From Psammoneis japonica (Eukaryota), in the NCBI GenBank assembly GCA_008632985.1, contig QPGO01000174.1:1-64000 (forward strand): 64,000 nt of DNA, in the 5' to 3' direction. Position 1 is the stretch's first letter, and every line of letters begins with the position of its first letter. This document shows, one piece after another, positions 62,401 to 64,000 of this stretch. Below the pieces are notes generated by a model, which saw only the letters and a list, made by a program, of their open reading frames with translations, made no database searches and was not told the origin of the DNA. A program made the translations under genes and the position numbers.

Positions 62401-64000
62401 TTCAACTGATTGGTGTGGGACATCTTGCATGTCAGTGTGCCAGGATGGTTGTGAAGGTCAAGTCTAGCAGGTGCCAGGAGTGCACACTCCCAAAGACCAT
62501 GGTGCAAGCCCTGGCTGTGGACCAGAAGACAGGGTTGGACCTTTGGAAGAAGGCAATCAAGAAAGAGATGAAAAACGTCATGCCTGCACTCGAATTCTCA
62601 GATGACAACTCCATGCCAGTTGGACACAAACATGTTGAGTGCCACACAGCATTTGATGTTAAGACTGATTTGACCCAGAAAGTCTGATTTGTTGTGGGAG
62701 GTCACAAAATGGAGCCACCCAAAGAGTCAACCTGCTCTGGCACAGTCTCGCATGACAGTGGTGTCAGGATGGCTTTTGCCGCTGCTGCGTCAAACAATCT
62801 TGACATTGTGTGTGCGGACATTCAGAATGCCTGTCTGAATGCAAAGACTGAGAAATGCTGCCACACCACTGCTGGTCTGGAATTTGGAAAGCAGAATGAA
62901 AAACAACTGCTTGCACATGTTGATGACTTGCTGGTTGTCTCTCATGAGCCTCAGATGTTTGTGGGTCATGTGGCATCTTGTTGCATGCTCAAAAAAGGCA
63001 GCATCAAGGAACCAGAAGAGCACCTTGGTGCCCAGATCTGCAAGCACCAACCATTTGGCTTGGATGGCAAGGCATGTTGGGCATTGTCCTCTGACTTGCA
63101 TGTCAAAAGGGGGCAATTGCCAATGTTGAATTCAAGCTTGGCCAGGTTGGCCAGAGCTTCAGATCCAAGGCTTCAACTCCATTGAGCTTGGGATGCAGAC
63201 CAGAACTCAACAGTTCTCCTGAATTGGATGCCCGGATTGCAAGTTGCCATCAGGGGCTCATTGGCATGCTGTTTTAGATGGCAGAGCTGGGCCAGATTGA
63301 TGTCACAGTGCCAGCGCCCCTTGTGTCCTTACACTTGGCAGCGCCAAGGGTTGGTTGCCTGGACGAGGTGCTTTGCACATTCCCACAAGTGTGGCTGCAG
63401 ACAGAACATTGTCCCAGGGTGGCTGAAGCCATCCCAAGGGACATCCCTGAGGCATGGAGCAATGTCAATTTTGCTTCATTGCACACTGAGTTGTGTGCAT
63501 GTTGAATCCTGCATGAACCACTCGACTCAACATTTTTGGTGGAATTGGCTAGACTTTGACCCCTGCCAGAGCCACAACATGCACAAGATGTGAGCATTGT
63601 TGGTCTCAAACTCTTTAAACTGATGTCTTGCAAGAATGCAACAGGTGTGCATGTCAATGGCATCTGTCACTTCAAAATGGAGCTGACTTTTTTGTGGAGC
63701 ACCTTTGTTGCATGGACAAGTGCGAGAGTCAATGTTCAGTGATTGGCAACTGACTGACTTTCACCCCCATTCCAGGCCCCAAAAGTGTGCTGAACTGCAC
63801 ATTTGTGTGCTGTCAGTCAATCAAGGGGCATTTGGATAAAAACAGAAGGGTCAATTTTTGCACGTGGCATCATGGAGCTGAGGCGGAAAGTTGTTGGGAA
63901 GATGTGAAAAAAAATGCACACCATGACAAGCGCCGCTGATGCATTGTCTTGCAGCTCCACCAAAATAACACCAACGGCTCTCACAAACAACACACACAAT

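Larger units (their letters stand above)
57820..63750 (+). mobile_element. Ty1/Copia (diatom-type) retrotransposon, decayed
   Basis: 'NSLTCPNQLRANG...PKQFD', 'LSRHWGTG...LRVTT'. RT: 'LWKKAIKKEM', 'FDVK', 'GGH..EPP..STCSG', 'ADIQNACL' (NAYL), 'LAHVDDLL' (YVDD). LTRs not identified. Confidence 0.9.

Noticed and set aside
1790..64000. Hundreds of 60-300 aa Cys/His-rich ORFs as novel metal-binding proteins
   Set aside because: They are by-products of TAA/TAG and Tyr codon loss. They overlap in all frames and map onto decayed TEs.
1790..64000. Classical RIP or CpG deamination as the sole cause of the CA/TG excess
   Set aside because: C-to-T changes cannot turn Tyr into Cys/His or remove TA. CpG decay is present but explains only part of the pattern.

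Overview
Eukaryotic DNA, probably a diatom (inferred from diatom-style Copia, Gypsy, DIRS and LINE proteins, a short GT-AG intron and diatom-like glycosyltransferase families). Five intact genes sit as islands in about 50 kb of nested, decayed transposons. All five are glycan-modifying membrane enzymes: GT31-like, GT23/FUT8-like, GT47 exostosin, a SAM O-methyltransferase and GT11-like. The transposons include a full Gypsy with LTRs and TSD, a DIRS element, two Copia elements, LINEs, Plavaka-like and Harbinger/ISL2EU-like elements, a 4-bp-TSD MITE family, and a TRIM with a solo LTR. Main finding: the repeat domains, and three or four glycosyltransferase genes lying inside them, have lost almost all TpA dinucleotides. 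TpA became CpA or TpG on both strands (A:T to G:C), so conserved Tyr reads Cys or His, while neighbouring intact genes are unaffected. This looks like a RIP-like, domain-restricted genome-defence hypermutation running opposite to fungal RIP, superimposed on CpG decay. No gene for the responsible enzyme is visible in the window. All motif calls are by eye; no searches or counts were run.
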